From an uncultured Methanosarcinales archaeon (lineage in GTDB: Archaea > Halobacteriota > Methanosarcinia > Methanotrichales > Methanotrichaceae), in contig CAWJKV010000010.1 of assembly GCA_963843555.1 (NCBI GenBank), forward strand, positions 32,001-96,000: DNA of 64,000 nucleotides, given 5' to 3'. Position numbers and translations under genes: made by a program. The notes beneath the pieces are model-generated. The model ran no database searches, was not told the origin of the DNA, and saw only the letters and a program-made list of their open reading frames with translations. Within the stretch, counting starts at the first letter, position 1. Each line of letters opens with the position of its first letter. Shown here one piece after another: positions 30,564-42,123 of the stretch.

Positions 30564-31604
30564 TTATAAAGGTATTCTCTCTACGACCAGCCCGTTCTCC
30601 AGGGGATACTTCTCAATTATACTGAGAATACATTTTGCGCTCTTTAGCTCCAGAGATATATCCTCGAGGATTGAAGCCGCAATATCTATCTGCCCGTTCC
30701 GGCAGGAATACATCTCTTCTGGAACCATCAGATCCCCAAGAATCTGCCGAGCCATTTGCAGATCGCCCTCGATTATGCCGTGAATTATGGTGCCGTCCGG
30801 GCTCACATAATCAAAGGGCCGGGCCGTGTGGTCCGCCCTGCGCAGCAATCGCTCTTTTAGCTGCACCGCATCCTTGAAGCGAGAAGGACAGTAGTGCACT
30901 TTGATGTCATCTCTGAGAAAGTGATCTCTGGCGACCTCTTCGCTTCCTATGGCCGCGCAGCCCAGCTCCTCTGGCAAGAAACCCTCCAGAGCGAGGCCAG
31001 CAAAGTTTGTCTCGGAATACTCCAGCTCATTGAGGTTAAGAAAGGCATCAGCATCTCGTACGGCCTCAACGATCTTGGGAGCAGATTTTATGGCGGGTAT
31101 CTCCACTCCTGCCTCCAATCCGCTGGCCTTTGCCTCCAGCAGTGTTTCCTTCAAGCCGACCGGATTGGACCATTCCGAGACCGGGGGGTGAAAGCGGATC
31201 TCATCCAGACCGGCCTGTTTCAGCTTCTCTAGAACCGCTTTTTCAGGAAGAAGGCCGGAATAGAGGTGAATGTGGTGCTCAGGCCCAAACTCGTGCTTTA
31301 AAGCGGTGATGCATTCCAGGACATAGTCCAATCTCAGAAGGGGTTCTCCGCCGGTGATTCCCGTTCCCAGGGCACGAATTGCCCGGGCTTCTTCCAGGAT
31401 ATCCAACAATCCGTGCACGGGCTGCTCATCCGCAAATACTGCGTCGTGTCCTCTCCGTTCCTCGGAGATTGGGCAGTAAAAACAGCTGCGTATGCATCTG
31501 CCCGTGACGAATAGCACCAGGCCCGCGCCCTGCCGGCAGATCCGGCAGCCTGCCGGCAGATAGTTGTAAATCGACCCAACCGAATCGGATTGCCACTCGA
31601 CCAT
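30564..31604 (-). CDS. Archaeal radical SAM protein (COG2108-like)
   Basis: GCRICRQGAGLVLFVTGRCIRSCFYCP, GITGGEPL and LDEIRFHP. Start at MVEWQ. Confidence 0.85.
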   Translation of the reverse strand: MVEWQSDSVGSIYNYLPAGCRICRQGAGLVLFVTGRCIRSCFYCPISEERRGHDAVFADEQPVHGLLDILEEARAIRALGTGITGGEPLLRLDYVLECITALKHEFGPEHHIHLYSGLLPEKAVLEKLKQAGLDEIRFHPPVSEWSNPVGLKETLLEAKASGLEAGVEIPAIKSAPKIVEAVRDADAFLNLNELEYSETNFAGLALEGFLPEELGCAAIGSEEVARDHFLRDDIKVHYCPSRFKDAVQLKERLLRRADHTARPFDYVSPDGTIIHGIIEGDLQMARQILGDLMVPEEMYSCRNGQIDIAASILEDISLELKSAKCILSIIEKYPLENGLVVERIPL

Positions 31605-31721
31605 AATAGAAGGGACCAATGCCCAGGGATTAATCAATTTTGTGGCATCAAAACGGTTATCAGAGAGAAGGGCATTAATCTTTCCAGAGAAAGAATATAT
31701 TAAAAATATATTAAAGGATGG

Positions 31722-33512
31722 TTGTTTGTGAGAGAATATCTCCTCGGAAACGCAGCAATTGCCAGAGGCCTCCTGGAGGCGGGGATGGGTCTCGCTGCCG
31801 GCTACCCCGGTACACCCTCCTCGGAGATCATCGAAACGCTGGTGGATCTCAGGGGCGCAAGGCCGATGCATGTGGAATGGTCTGTGAACGAGAAGGTGGC
31901 ACTGGAGGTGGCAGCGGGTGCCTCCTGGACGGGCACGCGCGCCGTGGCGACAATGAAGCATGTGGGTCTGAATGTGGCTGCAGACCCCTTTATGACCCTG
32001 GCCTACCTGGGAGTAGGTGCTGGACTTCTTGTGATCTGTGCCGATGATCCCTTCTGCCATTCCTCCCAGAACGAGCAGGACTCCCGGCGTTATGCCCAGT
32101 TTGCGTCCATACCATGCCTGGACCCCAGCGACCCCCAGGAAGCAAAAGATATGGCGATCTATGGCTTTGAGCTGTCCGAGAAGTTCAATATCCCTGTCAT
32201 GCTCAGGCCCACGACGCGCGTCTCTCATGCCAGGGCGGACGTGGAAGCGGGAACTGTTCCGCCAGTATGTGGAGGCGGCCGCTTTGTCAAGAATCCTGCG
32301 CGACGTGTGGCTCTGCCCGGACATGCCCGGGCGCTGCATACGGAACTGATCGCAAAGCAGGCCGCCATAGAAGAGGCTCTGCAGGCCGCCCCCTGGAACA
32401 GGATCACGCTGCGAGGGAACACGGGAATCATCGCCTCGGGCATCGCAGGACTGTATGCCGAAGAGGCTATTTCGGACCTGGACCTGGACGTCTCACTGCT
32501 TCGCGTCGGTTCCTATCCCCTGCCCACGAAAATGATTTGCAGCATGCTGGAACATGTCATACGGGTCCTGGTGGTAGAAGAGCTGGAGCCGGTAGTGGAA
32601 GAACAGGTGGAGAGGCTGGCGAGACTGGTCAATCCAGCGGTTGAGATCCTGGGAAAGGCCGGATCCATCTCCCGCGAGGGTGAGCTCGACTTCTTGCTGG
32701 TGAGAAATGCCATCGCCCGAATGCTGGGGATTCCGGAAAAGGCCACCGTGCCGAACACTGCCGCTGGAATCCTGCCGCCCCGGCCTCCGGCGCTATGTCC
32801 GGGCTGCAGCCACCGTGCCACCTACTATGCCATGCGCAAAGTCTTCGGCAAGAAGGCAGTCTATCCGAGCGATATCGGCTGCTACACTATGGCCGTGGGC
32901 ATGGGGACTGTGGATACCTGCCTGTGCATGGGCGCGAGCATAACTCTTGCCAGTGGAATCAGATTTGGCGGGGAGACGGAGGGCATCTGTTGTTCCCTGG
33001 GCGACTCAACTTTCCTGCATGGAGGCATGACCGGACTTTTGAACGCGGCCTACAACAAGGCCAGAATTACTGTGACCATCCTTGACAACTCCACCACGGC
33101 CATGACCGGCCATCAGCCCCATCCGGGTACGGGAGTCACTGCCACTGGAGAGCCAACGATACAGGTCTCCCTGGAGGCGCTTGTCAAAGCGCTGGGCGCA
33201 GGTTTGGTGGAGACTGTCGACCCCTATGACCTGGAAAAGACTCTGGAAAGCTTCCAGAGGGCGAAGGACTATCCAGGTCTGTCTGTAGTCATCGCCAGGC
33301 AACCCTGCGTGATCAAAGCCCGCCGGAGCGGTGCCCGCCCCAGGGTCTTCCAGGTGGGCGAAGGATGCCAGGGGTGCGGGATCTGTGTGGACTTTGGCTG
33401 CCCTGCCATCGAATTCGAGGGAGATCTGGCCAAGATAAATAATCTGTGCACCGGCTGCGGGGTCTGTGCCATGATCTGCCCCAGCTCCGTAATCACGGAG
33501 GTGGGAAGATGA
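31722..33512 (+). CDS. iorA: Indolepyruvate:ferredoxin oxidoreductase alpha subunit
   Basis: GYPGTPSSEI, SVNEKVALE, MKHVGLNVAAD, LCPGCSHR, GDSTFLH and a C-terminal ferredoxin. Confidence 0.95.
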   Translation: MFVREYLLGNAAIARGLLEAGMGLAAGYPGTPSSEIIETLVDLRGARPMHVEWSVNEKVALEVAAGASWTGTRAVATMKHVGLNVAADPFMTLAYLGVGAGLLVICADDPFCHSSQNEQDSRRYAQFASIPCLDPSDPQEAKDMAIYGFELSEKFNIPVMLRPTTRVSHARADVEAGTVPPVCGGGRFVKNPARRVALPGHARALHTELIAKQAAIEEALQAAPWNRITLRGNTGIIASGIAGLYAEEAISDLDLDVSLLRVGSYPLPTKMICSMLEHVIRVLVVEELEPVVEEQVERLARLVNPAVEILGKAGSISREGELDFLLVRNAIARMLGIPEKATVPNTAAGILPPRPPALCPGCSHRATYYAMRKVFGKKAVYPSDIGCYTMAVGMGTVDTCLCMGASITLASGIRFGGETEGICCSLGDSTFLHGGMTGLLNAAYNKARITVTILDNSTTAMTGHQPHPGTGVTATGEPTIQVSLEALVKALGAGLVETVDPYDLEKTLESFQRAKDYPGLSVVIARQPCVIKARRSGARPRVFQVGEGCQGCGICVDFGCPAIEFEGDLAKINNLCTGCGVCAMICPSSVITEVGR

Positions 33513-34096
33513 GGACATCTGAATGCGATATAGTAATCGTAGGCGTGGGTGGTCAGGGAGTCATACTGATCTCAGACGTTATCGGCCGGGCTGGGGTTAT
33601 GGCCGGGAAACCAGTGCGTGGAGCTGAGACGCACGGCATGGCCCAGCGAGGCGGCAGCGTCATAAATCACACCCGCATAGGGTGCCGCTTCAGTCCCATG
33701 GTTGCCTCCGGCGGAGCAGATGTGCTGGTAGCCCTGGAGCCTGCAGAAGCCCTGCGCTTTGCCTACTTCCTCTCGCCCAATGGCGTGGCCCTGGTCAACA
33801 CCAGGCCGGTGCTGCCGGTTACCGTGACCACAGGAGTCGCTCGCTACCCTCTTCTGGATGAGATGCTTGCCCCCCTGGAGGGCCTTTGCCGAACTGTGAA
33901 CGCAATGGATGCCACGGCCCTGGCAAAGAAGGCGGGCACAGCTCAGGCCATGAACGTGGTAATGCTCGGTGCCCTTGCCAGGTATATTCCATTGCCAGAA
34001 GACTTTATCATGGGGGCTCTTTGCGATGTGGTGCCGCCCAAATACCTGGAAGCGAATAAAAAAGCCTTCTCTTTGGGAAAAGCTGAAGTAGAATAG
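33509..34096 (+). CDS. iorB: Indolepyruvate:ferredoxin oxidoreductase beta subunit
   Basis: GVGGQGVIL and ETHGMAQRGGSV. Start overlaps the iorA stop. Confidence 0.95.
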   Translation: MRTSECDIVIVGVGGQGVILISDVIGRAGVMAGKPVRGAETHGMAQRGGSVINHTRIGCRFSPMVASGGADVLVALEPAEALRFAYFLSPNGVALVNTRPVLPVTVTTGVARYPLLDEMLAPLEGLCRTVNAMDATALAKKAGTAQAMNVVMLGALARYIPLPEDFIMGALCDVVPPKYLEANKKAFSLGKAEVE

Positions 34097-34113
34097 CCGA
34101 GAAATAAAAGGGT

Positions 34114-34764
34114 ATGGAAGAAGAAAATAAAGCAGAAGAGATTACGACAGAAGAGCAGAAAACCGAGGACAAAGCTGTCCCCATAGTCACCCGTTCCATG
34201 GTGGAGGAAGCCTGTCCGACCTGTGGCGCAGAAGCGCCTTCCATGCCCGCGGTGCTCCCCGATCCGAATTGGTCCACAGAGAAGCTGATCGCAGCAACCA
34301 AAGACAAGCACATGCTGGTGCGCTCCAACGCCATCATCCTCCTATCAAAACGCGAAGCCTCCGAGACTCTGGAGGCGCTAATCGAAGCTCTAAAAGATGA
34401 AGAGTATCTGGTCAAGAGCAATGCCATGGTGGCCATCGCTGCATACGGAAAGCAGGTCTCTGAACGCATAATTCAGGCTCTGGGCGATGCGGATAAGGAT
34501 GTACGCGCAGGCGCTGCCTGGATCATCGGAGAGCTCAAGGACAACCGAGCTGTTGAAGCTTTGGAGAAGGTGGCCAAGGACGATTACCCTCTGGCCAGGA
34601 TTCAGGCCAAAGCGTCCCTGGTGGCTATGGGCAAAGGTCCCAAGAAAGAAGCTCGAAAGATAGAAGTCGAGGATGCCGCAGAACCAGTAGAACCAAATAT
34701 GGCAGAACCAGAGGAGGAAAAGAAAGCAGAACCAGAGGAAGTCAAAGAGGAGACCGCGCAATAG
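34114..34764 (+). CDS. HEAT/PBS-lyase repeat protein
   Basis: LIEALKDEEYLVKSNA and LGDADKDVRAGAAWIIG, with an N-terminal CPTC. Confidence 0.8.
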   Translation: MEEENKAEEITTEEQKTEDKAVPIVTRSMVEEACPTCGAEAPSMPAVLPDPNWSTEKLIAATKDKHMLVRSNAIILLSKREASETLEALIEALKDEEYLVKSNAMVAIAAYGKQVSERIIQALGDADKDVRAGAAWIIGELKDNRAVEALEKVAKDDYPLARIQAKASLVAMGKGPKKEARKIEVEDAAEPVEPNMAEPEEEKKAEPEEVKEETAQ

Positions 34765-34891
34765 AGCCGCAATCTCCTTTTCTTCAGGTAAGCGTTTCCA
34801 ATCCCTGGCCAGCCGAACTTCTTTTCGAGTTGTATCCCGTGCTCGTCTTTACCGGACAAAATATATCAAGGTGAAGCGCCTCTTGATACAT

Positions 34892-35128
34892 ATGGGCAGC
34901 ATAATTGGCGACAGCGTCTATGATGTGATCGAGTTAGTGGGAACCTCAACAAAAAGCTGGGAAGAAGCAGTTGAGACCGCAATCGAAACCGCAGACAAAA
35001 GGCTGACAAACATGAGGATCGCCGAGGTCGTGGACTTGGACACAAACCTTGCCGAGGGAAAAATAATAGTATATCGGGCCCGGGTCAAGCTCTCCTTCAA
35101 GCATGAGGTCGAGCCTGAGACGCTTTGA
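34892..35128 (+). CDS. Dodecin (flavin-binding)
   Basis: [19 protein letters not shown]...[10 protein letters not shown]. Confidence 0.85.
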   Translation: MGSIIGDSVYDVIELVGTSTKSWEEAVETAIETADKRLTNMRIAEVVDLDTNLAEGKIIVYRARVKLSFKHEVEPETL

Positions 35129-36309
35129 ATTCAAACGCGTTATCCTCAGGAAAGGCTTTAACAGATAAAACCATAACGCTAAGAGACGTGCCCAAAATCA
35201 GCTTGATTATCCCCACCAGAAACGAAGCTGAGACCATCTGCGAATGCATTCATAGAGCCAAGCTGGCCTTTGCTAAGAGCGGTCTGGAGGGTGAGGTCAT
35301 AGTTGCAGACAGCTCAAGCGATAAGACTGCCAGTATTGCTGCATCCTGCGGCGCAAGAATTGTCCTGCCCGGAAAGCTGGGATATGGAAATGCCTATCTG
35401 GCTGGATTCGAGGAGGCGCAAGGGGATTTTATTGTTCTTATGGACGGGGATCTGACCTATGATCCCGGAGCCATCCAGAGTATGCTCGCCCTGCTGCAAA
35501 GCGGCAGTTATGACATGGTAATGGGGTCCCGGCTGAAGGGAGAGATTCTTCCCGGGGCCATGCCTGCCCTCCATCGCTATATTGGAAACCCGGTCCTCAC
35601 CTGGGTGCTGAACCAGCTCTTTTCCACAGGCATCTCGGATGCCCATTGCGGCCTGCGTGCCATCACCAGCGAGGGACTGAAAAGGCTGAGGCTCAAGTCG
35701 GGAGGAATGGAATTCGCCTCAGAGATGGTGATCGAAGCGGCTTCCAAGGATCTGAGAATCGCTGAAGTTCCTATCACTTATTATCCACGCAAAGGGGATT
35801 CCAAGCTCCATTCCTTTACTGACGGCTGGAGACATCTGCGTTTTATGATGCTCTACCGGCCAGGGCCTTTTCTGCTCATTCCCGGACTGCTGGCCCTTGG
35901 TTTCGGACTGGTCTTAGCCGTGGGAGTGTATCTGCAGGGAGGATCGAGGATGCATTCTCTGATCCTGGGTGGCCTCTTGCTCATCATAGGGTATCAGATG
36001 CTCTTGGCCGGACTCTATTTCGGGGCATTCGGCGTCACCTATGGCCTTTCCAGCCCGGGGAGAGTTGGAAAGTTGATAAGCTATCATTCACTGGAAAAGG
36101 AGCTGATTTTGGGGCTGGCGCTGCTTGCAGCAGGTGTAATTATTGGGCTGAGTGTCCTGCTGAGGTGGGGAGGGTCCGGCTTTGGGGCCCTGGACGCCGC
36201 CCAGAACGCCATGATCGCCATGATCTTATCGATCCTCGGAATCCAGACCATCTTCTCTGGAATGTTCATCAGCCTGCTCTTGCTTTACAATGAACATCAG
36301 GACGGCTAA
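35125..36309 (+). CDS. GT2 glycosyltransferase (dolichol-P-mannose synthase-like) with TM tail
   Basis: [33 protein letters not shown] and MEFASEM. Confidence 0.88.
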   Translation: MNSNALSSGKALTDKTITLRDVPKISLIIPTRNEAETICECIHRAKLAFAKSGLEGEVIVADSSSDKTASIAASCGARIVLPGKLGYGNAYLAGFEEAQGDFIVLMDGDLTYDPGAIQSMLALLQSGSYDMVMGSRLKGEILPGAMPALHRYIGNPVLTWVLNQLFSTGISDAHCGLRAITSEGLKRLRLKSGGMEFASEMVIEAASKDLRIAEVPITYYPRKGDSKLHSFTDGWRHLRFMMLYRPGPFLLIPGLLALGFGLVLAVGVYLQGGSRMHSLILGGLLLIIGYQMLLAGLYFGAFGVTYGLSSPGRVGKLISYHSLEKELILGLALLAAGVIIGLSVLLRWGGSGFGALDAAQNAMIAMILSILGIQTIFSGMFISLLLLYNEHQDG

Positions 36310-36315
36310 AGGTGT

Positions 36316-37435
36316 TTGGAATTGGAGATTGCCTACATCTATGACGCCGTCTACCCCTGGGTAAAGGGCGGCGCAGAGAAGAGGATCTATGAGCTCTCGC
36401 AAAGGATGGCCCGGCGCGGGCACATTGTGCACTGCTATGGCATGAAATGGTGGCAGGGAGAGAAAGTGATCCAGAGGGATGGTGTGCACCTGCATGGCAT
36501 CTGTGAACCCATGCCGCTATACTCCGGCGGTAGAAGATCGATGAAGGAGGCGGCCTACTTCGCAGGCAAGGTTCTATCCATTCGCACGGACTGCGAGATA
36601 GTTGACTGCCAGAACTTTCCCTATCTTTCCTGCTTCTCTGCCAAGCTCCTCACCAGCCTTAAGGGACGGGATTTATTCATCACCTGGCATGAGGTCTGGG
36701 GCGAATACTGGCACGAGTACCTGGGAAAGAAAGGCATCCTGGGTGAGTATATTGAGCTGGCTGCCGCCCGGTTGACGGAGTCGAACATCGCCGTCTCAGA
36801 GAGGACCCGCAGGGATCTGGAAAGGCTGGGTGTGAAAGCCGTCCAGGTGGTGCCAAACGGCATCGACTGGCAGAGAATTGAGCAGATAAGGCCCTCGGAG
36901 AAGCAGTCGGATATAATTTGCGCGGGAAGGCTGGTCAAGCATAAGAACGTGGATATTCTCATCCAGGCGCTCGGGATGGTGTTGTCGGAAGTCCCAGATG
37001 TGAGAGCCCTGATAGTCGGAGATGGCCCGGAGATTAGCAGGCTGAAAGCTCTGGTTCGCGAGAAAGGACTGGAAAAGAATGTCGAGTTTTGCGGCTTTCT
37101 GGAGAGCTACGATGATGTCCTGGCCCTCATGAAATCATCCCGGGTGTTCGCCTCGCCGTCCACAAGAGAGGGCTTCGGCATGGCGGCCCTGGAGGCAAAT
37201 GCCTGCGGTCTGCCCGTGGTCACAGTGAGGCACAGGATGAACGCAGTGATGGATCTGGTTACAGAGCAGACGGGGATGGTCTGCGAGCCCACGGCCGGAG
37301 GCTCTGGCGGACGGGCTTTGCCGGGCGCTGCAGGAGAGCGATGCCATGCGAGGGCGGTGCGTGGAGACGGCAAGAAAGTACGATTGGGATGAGATATGCG
37401 ACACGGCGGAGAGGGTTTATGCAGGAGGGATGTGA
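36316..37435 (+). CDS. GT4 glycosyltransferase, frameshift near 37300
   Basis: YPWVKGGAEKR, GRLVKHK and REGFGMAALEANACG. C-terminus YDWDEIC is in another frame. Confidence 0.88.
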
Positions 37436-37533
37436 CCGAAAACTCTCCCGCACCGGAGGAATAGGATATTTGGTCCACAATTACCAGATAAGAAGTTTTT
37501 TAACCAAAGTTAACCTAATTTAACATATGGCCG

Positions 37534-37869
37534 GTGCAACGAGACAGAAGGAATCTCAGGGATATGTATATAGGTTCGAAGATAACGCGCAGCGAGCTCG
37601 CGCAGATTCAAGACCTAATTGATGCCGGAGTCTATCTCAATGCATCGGACTTCGTCCGAGATGCAATCCGTGACAAGCTGGCTGCCATAAAAGTGATAAA
37701 ATGCCGTGATGTCGATTACGAGACGGCAAAGAAGGAGATCACAGGGTACTTCCAGAGAAAGCATGAGGCCTATCCCGATGAGATCTCTCAAGATCTGGAG
37801 CTTGATTTTGACCTGGTGCGCAGGATTACTTCCGAGCTGAAGAAAGAGGGCCGCCTGGAGGCCGTTTAA
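37534..37869 (+). CDS. Ribbon-helix-helix (CopG/Arc) plus wHTH protein
   Basis: IQDLIDAGVYLNASDFVRDAIRD, then YPDEISQDLELDFDLV. Confidence 0.75.
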   Translation: MQRDRRNLRDMYIGSKITRSELAQIQDLIDAGVYLNASDFVRDAIRDKLAAIKVIKCRDVDYETAKKEITGYFQRKHEAYPDEISQDLELDFDLVRRITSELKKEGRLEAV

Positions 37870-38048
37870 TGGAGTGCTACGAAGAGGGCGATGCATTACA
37901 CGGTGCAAAGATCTACGCTGAGGCTCGAAAGATTCAAGGCCCAGCAGACATTGTGAAGAGCGGCAGGCATAGGGCACAGAGCATCACACTGATAGAGAAT
38001 GCCCAAGCGGTAATCATCCAGAAGCTGAGATGGATTCCCGAGCATTAA
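37869..38048 (+). CDS. Putative 59-aa ORF coupled to the RHH gene
   Basis: TAATG stop/start overlap. MECYEEGDALHGAKIY...WIPEH. Confidence 0.3.
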   Translation: MECYEEGDALHGAKIYAEARKIQGPADIVKSGRHRAQSITLIENAQAVIIQKLRWIPEH

Positions 38049-38181
38049 ATTGAACCACATTTCCACCACATAGCCCGACGAGCCGGGCCCAGCCTCCACA
38101 TCGACAAAACATATTAACGCCCGGTTACGGGCGCATTTTTCAGTAGGTCAGCCTGCACTCGCACTTTTCGCGGGATACAGC

Positions 38182-38929
38182 CTATCGCTGAGGTCTTGCG
38201 TCCGAGGGCAAAGGCACCCTCTCCTGGCCGTGAGATATTCTCCAGCGAATTCTCTTTATAATGCCCAGAAGGCTGCGCGCCTCTCTTTCGGTCAGTTCGG
38301 CCCTGCCGAAGATGCGCCGCAGCATCAGATCTGCAAAATCCACTTTATGCTCGGGGTAGCAGACCTCCTGGAGCAGCGAATTGGCTCTTTCTTGGAGTAG
38401 ATTTAGGCTCTGCCGGCTGGCCAGCTCTTGCTCCGCTCTCAGACCGGGAGAGTTCATAGAAGAGGATTGCAGCCGCATGAGAGAGGTTCATGACGGGATA
38501 ATCGCTGCTGGTGGGGATGGAGACCAACATGTCGCAGATGGCCAGCTCCTCACTGTTCAGGCCGCAGTCTTCCCGTCCCAGCAGCAGGGCCACAGTCCCC
38601 TCTTTTCCATTCAGCTTCGCGGCGAGCTGTGCGGGCGTCAAGCACGGCACGCGCAAATGCAGTCGCAGGTGGTGCTGCTCACTCTCCAATCTCTTGCCGG
38701 TCGTGCCCACCACCAGGTTGGCTCCCACTACCGCCTCCGGCAGGGATGAGAAGCTTCTGGACATCTGCAGAACGTCCCTTGCATGGGAGGCCATGGCAGA
38801 GCCGTAGTCTTCTATCTTGCAGGGGTTGACCAACATCAGATCATGAAAGCCGAAGTTCTTCATGGCCCGGGCCACAGAGCCCACATTGCCCTCGTACAGC
38901 GGCTCGACCAGGACGACCCGCAGCTTCAT
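38182..38929 (-). CDS. trmJ: tRNA/rRNA SPOUT methyltransferase, TrmJ family, frameshift near 38400
   Basis: VLVEPLYEGNVGSVARAMKNFG, GREDCGL and YPVMNLSHA. Confidence 0.85.
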
Positions 38930-40354
38930 CCTTTGGATACTCCCAGAGGCACAAGCTTGGCGACTTTGGTAGCGATTTTGAGGTTGTGTACCACGTCCAC
39001 CACATCTCCGGAGGGCTTGTAGACCTGGGGAGCCTCCTCCGCCAGCATGGCGGGTGACGTTGCCTTGACCACGATTCCCTGAAAATTCAGGGCAGCCTTC
39101 ACGTCTTTGCCGGTGAACAATCTGGTGGCCCGGCTCCGGCTCATGACCCTGCCTGCACCGTGGCAGGCGGAGCCAAAAGAGACATCCAGGGCATGATCGT
39201 TGCCGCAGAGAACATAAGAGGGCGTTCCCATGCTTCCCGGTATGAGCACTGGCTGGCCAACGTTTCTGTAGGTCTCCGGCACCTCCCTGCGGCTGGGACC
39301 AAAGGCCCGGGTCGCGCCCTTGCGGTGCACGTACAGACGCTCGCGCTTGCCATCCACATCATGCTCCTCGATCTTGGCCACATTGTGAGCCACATCGTAA
39401 ACCAGATCAAGCTTGGAACCGGGGAAGTACCTTTCAAAGACTTCTCGCGTCCAGTGGGCGATGATATGCCGGTTGGCCCAGGCGTAGTTGGCGGCGCAGA
39501 CCATTCCTCCAAAGTAGTGCTCCGCCTCAGGAGAGCCCAGAGGCGCGCAGGCAAGCTGCTTGTCTGGAATATCGATATTGTATTTTCTTACCGCCTGGTT
39601 CAAGACCTCCAGATGATCGGTGCAGATCTGGTGGCCGGCTCCTCGAGAGCCGCAGTGGATCATAATCGTAATCTGGCCTTTGAAGAGGCCGAACTGCTTT
39701 GCCTTTTCCTCGTCGAAGATCTCTTCCACTCGCTGGATCTCCAGGAAGTGATTGCCGCTGCCGAGGGTTCCCAGCTGAGGACGGCCTCTCTTGCGAGCTT
39801 TCACGCTCACCTGGGCCGGGTCGGCTCCCGGCATGTGGCCGTTCTCTTCGCAGTGAGTCACGTCAGCTTCCACACCATAGCCCTGCTCCACCGCCCACTC
39901 GGAACCGGAGATGAAGGCCTCTGTGAGCTGCTGATCGCTGGCATGCAGCCGGCCGGTGGCACCGAGGCCGGAGGGGATGGCCTCGAATAGAGCATCGATG
40001 AGGGTATTCATGAGCGGCTGCACCAGCTTTGAGTCGATGTCGGTGCGGAGAAGGCGTACGCCGCAGTTGATGTCGAAAGCCCACGCCTCCCGGGCTTATG
40101 ATGCCGCCGTCTTCTCGAAAAGCTGCCACGCCGCCGATGGGAAAGCCGTAGCCCAGGTGAGCATCGGGCATGGCCATGGAGTATTTGACAATACCGGGTA
40201 GGGTGGCGACATTGGCCACCTGATCTATCGTTCCCGGCTCCACCATCTCCCGCAGCGCCGCGGAGACGAAGATTCGCCCTGGCACACGCATGCCCGGCCG
40301 GTAGCCTATGGGCACTTCGTAAGTATTATCATCGATCTTGTTGATATCTGCCAT
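38926..40354 (-). CDS. rtcB: RNA-splicing ligase RtcB, frameshift near 40078
   Basis: [36 protein letters not shown] and HGAGR. Confidence 0.95.
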
Positions 40355-40356
40355 AT

Positions 40357-40776
40357 TCACACGTCCAAAATCACCTGAATGCACCAGTGATCGTTCTTCT
40401 TGATCCGAAACTGGTGCATGGTGATGGCTTTGACCTCGTTCTCGAAGGCATGTCTTTTGAGGTCCATTCTCTCGCCGCCGATTTCAGCTACAAGCTTCCA
40501 GGACCCGTTTTGCCGGAGCAAGACCTCGAAGGTGGCAAAGACTGCTGACTCGGTCTCGAAGAGGAATACGATTTCCGAGAGCCACTTGTAAGCCAGATCC
40601 TCCAGCAATGGTGCCTCCAGCTCCACCTTCCAGGTCTCCAGGATCTGCACTGTGGCCGGGTCCACCATGGTCTTGAAGAGAGCGGCTGCGGCATTGGAGA
40701 GCATCTCGTCCGGGGTTTCACCGTAGGCGCGAAACTTTACATCGGCGGTATGCTCCAGGTACTCGAAAGGAATCAT
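40357..40776 (-). CDS. Archease
   Basis: [10 protein letters not shown]...EVKAITMH...VILDV, immediately upstream of rtcB. Confidence 0.93.
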   Translation of the reverse strand: MIPFEYLEHTADVKFRAYGETPDEMLSNAAAALFKTMVDPATVQILETWKVELEAPLLEDLAYKWLSEIVFLFETESAVFATFEVLLRQNGSWKLVAEIGGERMDLKRHAFENEVKAITMHQFRIKKNDHWCIQVILDV

Positions 40777-40803
40777 TTGATTATAATTGGGAGCCGCCGG
40801 GCA

Positions 40804-41689
40804 TTAAAGGATTGCCAGTCCTCGGGTCAGCCCCGCTCGCGCGGCCAGGCGCAGGGCTTCGCTGTACTCCTGGCCGGTGATGGACCGACTCAACTCCGGA
40901 AAGCGGCAGGCATTGTACTCCGGACGGTACTGAGACATGATGTTCAGGTAGGTGTTCGATGAGATCTCCTGAGAGAGGAAGCGAACGACCTCAGCAGTGC
41001 CGGCTAGCGCCCGCAGGGAGCACCAGGTGGCGGACCAGAAGGCCCCGCACTGCGATGCCGTCTTCGTCCAGGACCAGGTCGCCCACCTGGCGGTGCATCT
41101 CCCGGATGGCCGACTTCATGAAATCGCGTATACTGCGGGGCCTGGAATACTTCAGCGCCATCTCGTCCGAGCCGAACTTTGCATCGGGCATGTAGATGTC
41201 GAATATGCCCTCCAGGAGCCGCAGCGTCTCCACTGAGTCGTATCCGCCGCTGTTGTAGACCAGAGGGACGTGGAGGCCCTCTTTTCGGGCCAGCACCAGA
41301 GCCTCCAGGATCTGCGGGACGACGTGCGTGGGCGTGACGAAGTTGATGTTGTGGCAGCCTTTGCGCTGCAGCGCCAGCATCATCCGGGCCAGGGCCCCGG
41401 CAGAGACCTCCGCTCCCCGGTTCTGTTGGCTGATATCGTAGTTCTGGCAGAAGACGCATGACAGATTGCAGCCGGAGAAGAAGATGGTGCCGGAGCCAGC
41501 GCGGCCTACCAGGGGCGGCTCTTCGCCGAAATGGGGCGCGTAGCTGGCCACGCGAGAGAGGCGGCCGGTGCGACAGAAGCCGCGCTCATCCTGCAGACGG
41601 TTCACGCCGCAGCGGCGGGGGCAGAGGTCGCACGACTCCAGGCGCGCCACGGCCGCGCGGGCGCGCTCTTCCAGAATTTCCATGGGCAT
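40804..41689 (-). CDS. Radical SAM protein, PflX-like, frameshifted
   Basis: CDLCPRRCGVNR, GSGTIFFSGCNLSCVFCQN, YMPDAKF and RHLVLP. C-terminus (YLNIMSQYRP) is in another frame. Confidence 0.85.
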
Positions 41690-41930
41690 GAGGTTATAGC
41701 TGGCCAAGAGAAACCACCTGGGATTTTGGAGGCGAATGTGTGATGAGCCTTTCGGCGGCATTCCTCGGCTTATGGTCCACAAGAAACCCTTTCAGGCGGG
41801 CTGGCTGGTGCAAGAAGGGTCCTCGATGAGACGGTCGCTCGATTTTGTTGCGGATGTGGCGCTTAACATTCGTCCCCGCCACGGATGAGAGCGATTATAG
41901 GGTCTGAGCTATGAAAAATGTGACGACGGC

Positions 41931-42086
41931 TCAGAGCTTGATTCCACGTCTGCGGCAATACTCTTCGAAGGTTATGCCTTGATCTTTGTTTTTGAGCAGA
42001 TATTCGTACTCTTCGTCTACGTGGGCCGCCTCGCTGTAATCTCCTTTCTCTTGATGCTCTTTTACTTCGACGGCATTCATCTTCAT
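41931..42086 (-). CDS. Small acidic putative antitoxin (51 aa), absent from the ORF track
   Basis: MKMNAVEVKEHQEKGDYSEAAHVDEEYEYLLKNKDQGITFEEYCRRRGIKL, directly downstream of the RelE-like gene. Confidence 0.55.
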   Translation of the reverse strand: MKMNAVEVKEHQEKGDYSEAAHVDEEYEYLLKNKDQGITFEEYCRRRGIKL

Positions 42087-42123
42087 GATCACAACTAGAT
42101 TTAGGTATTATTAATATATACTC

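Noticed and set aside
31605..32339. N-terminal extension of the 591-aa ORF 30564-32339
   Set aside because: It is antisense to iorA. The radical SAM protein begins at 31604.
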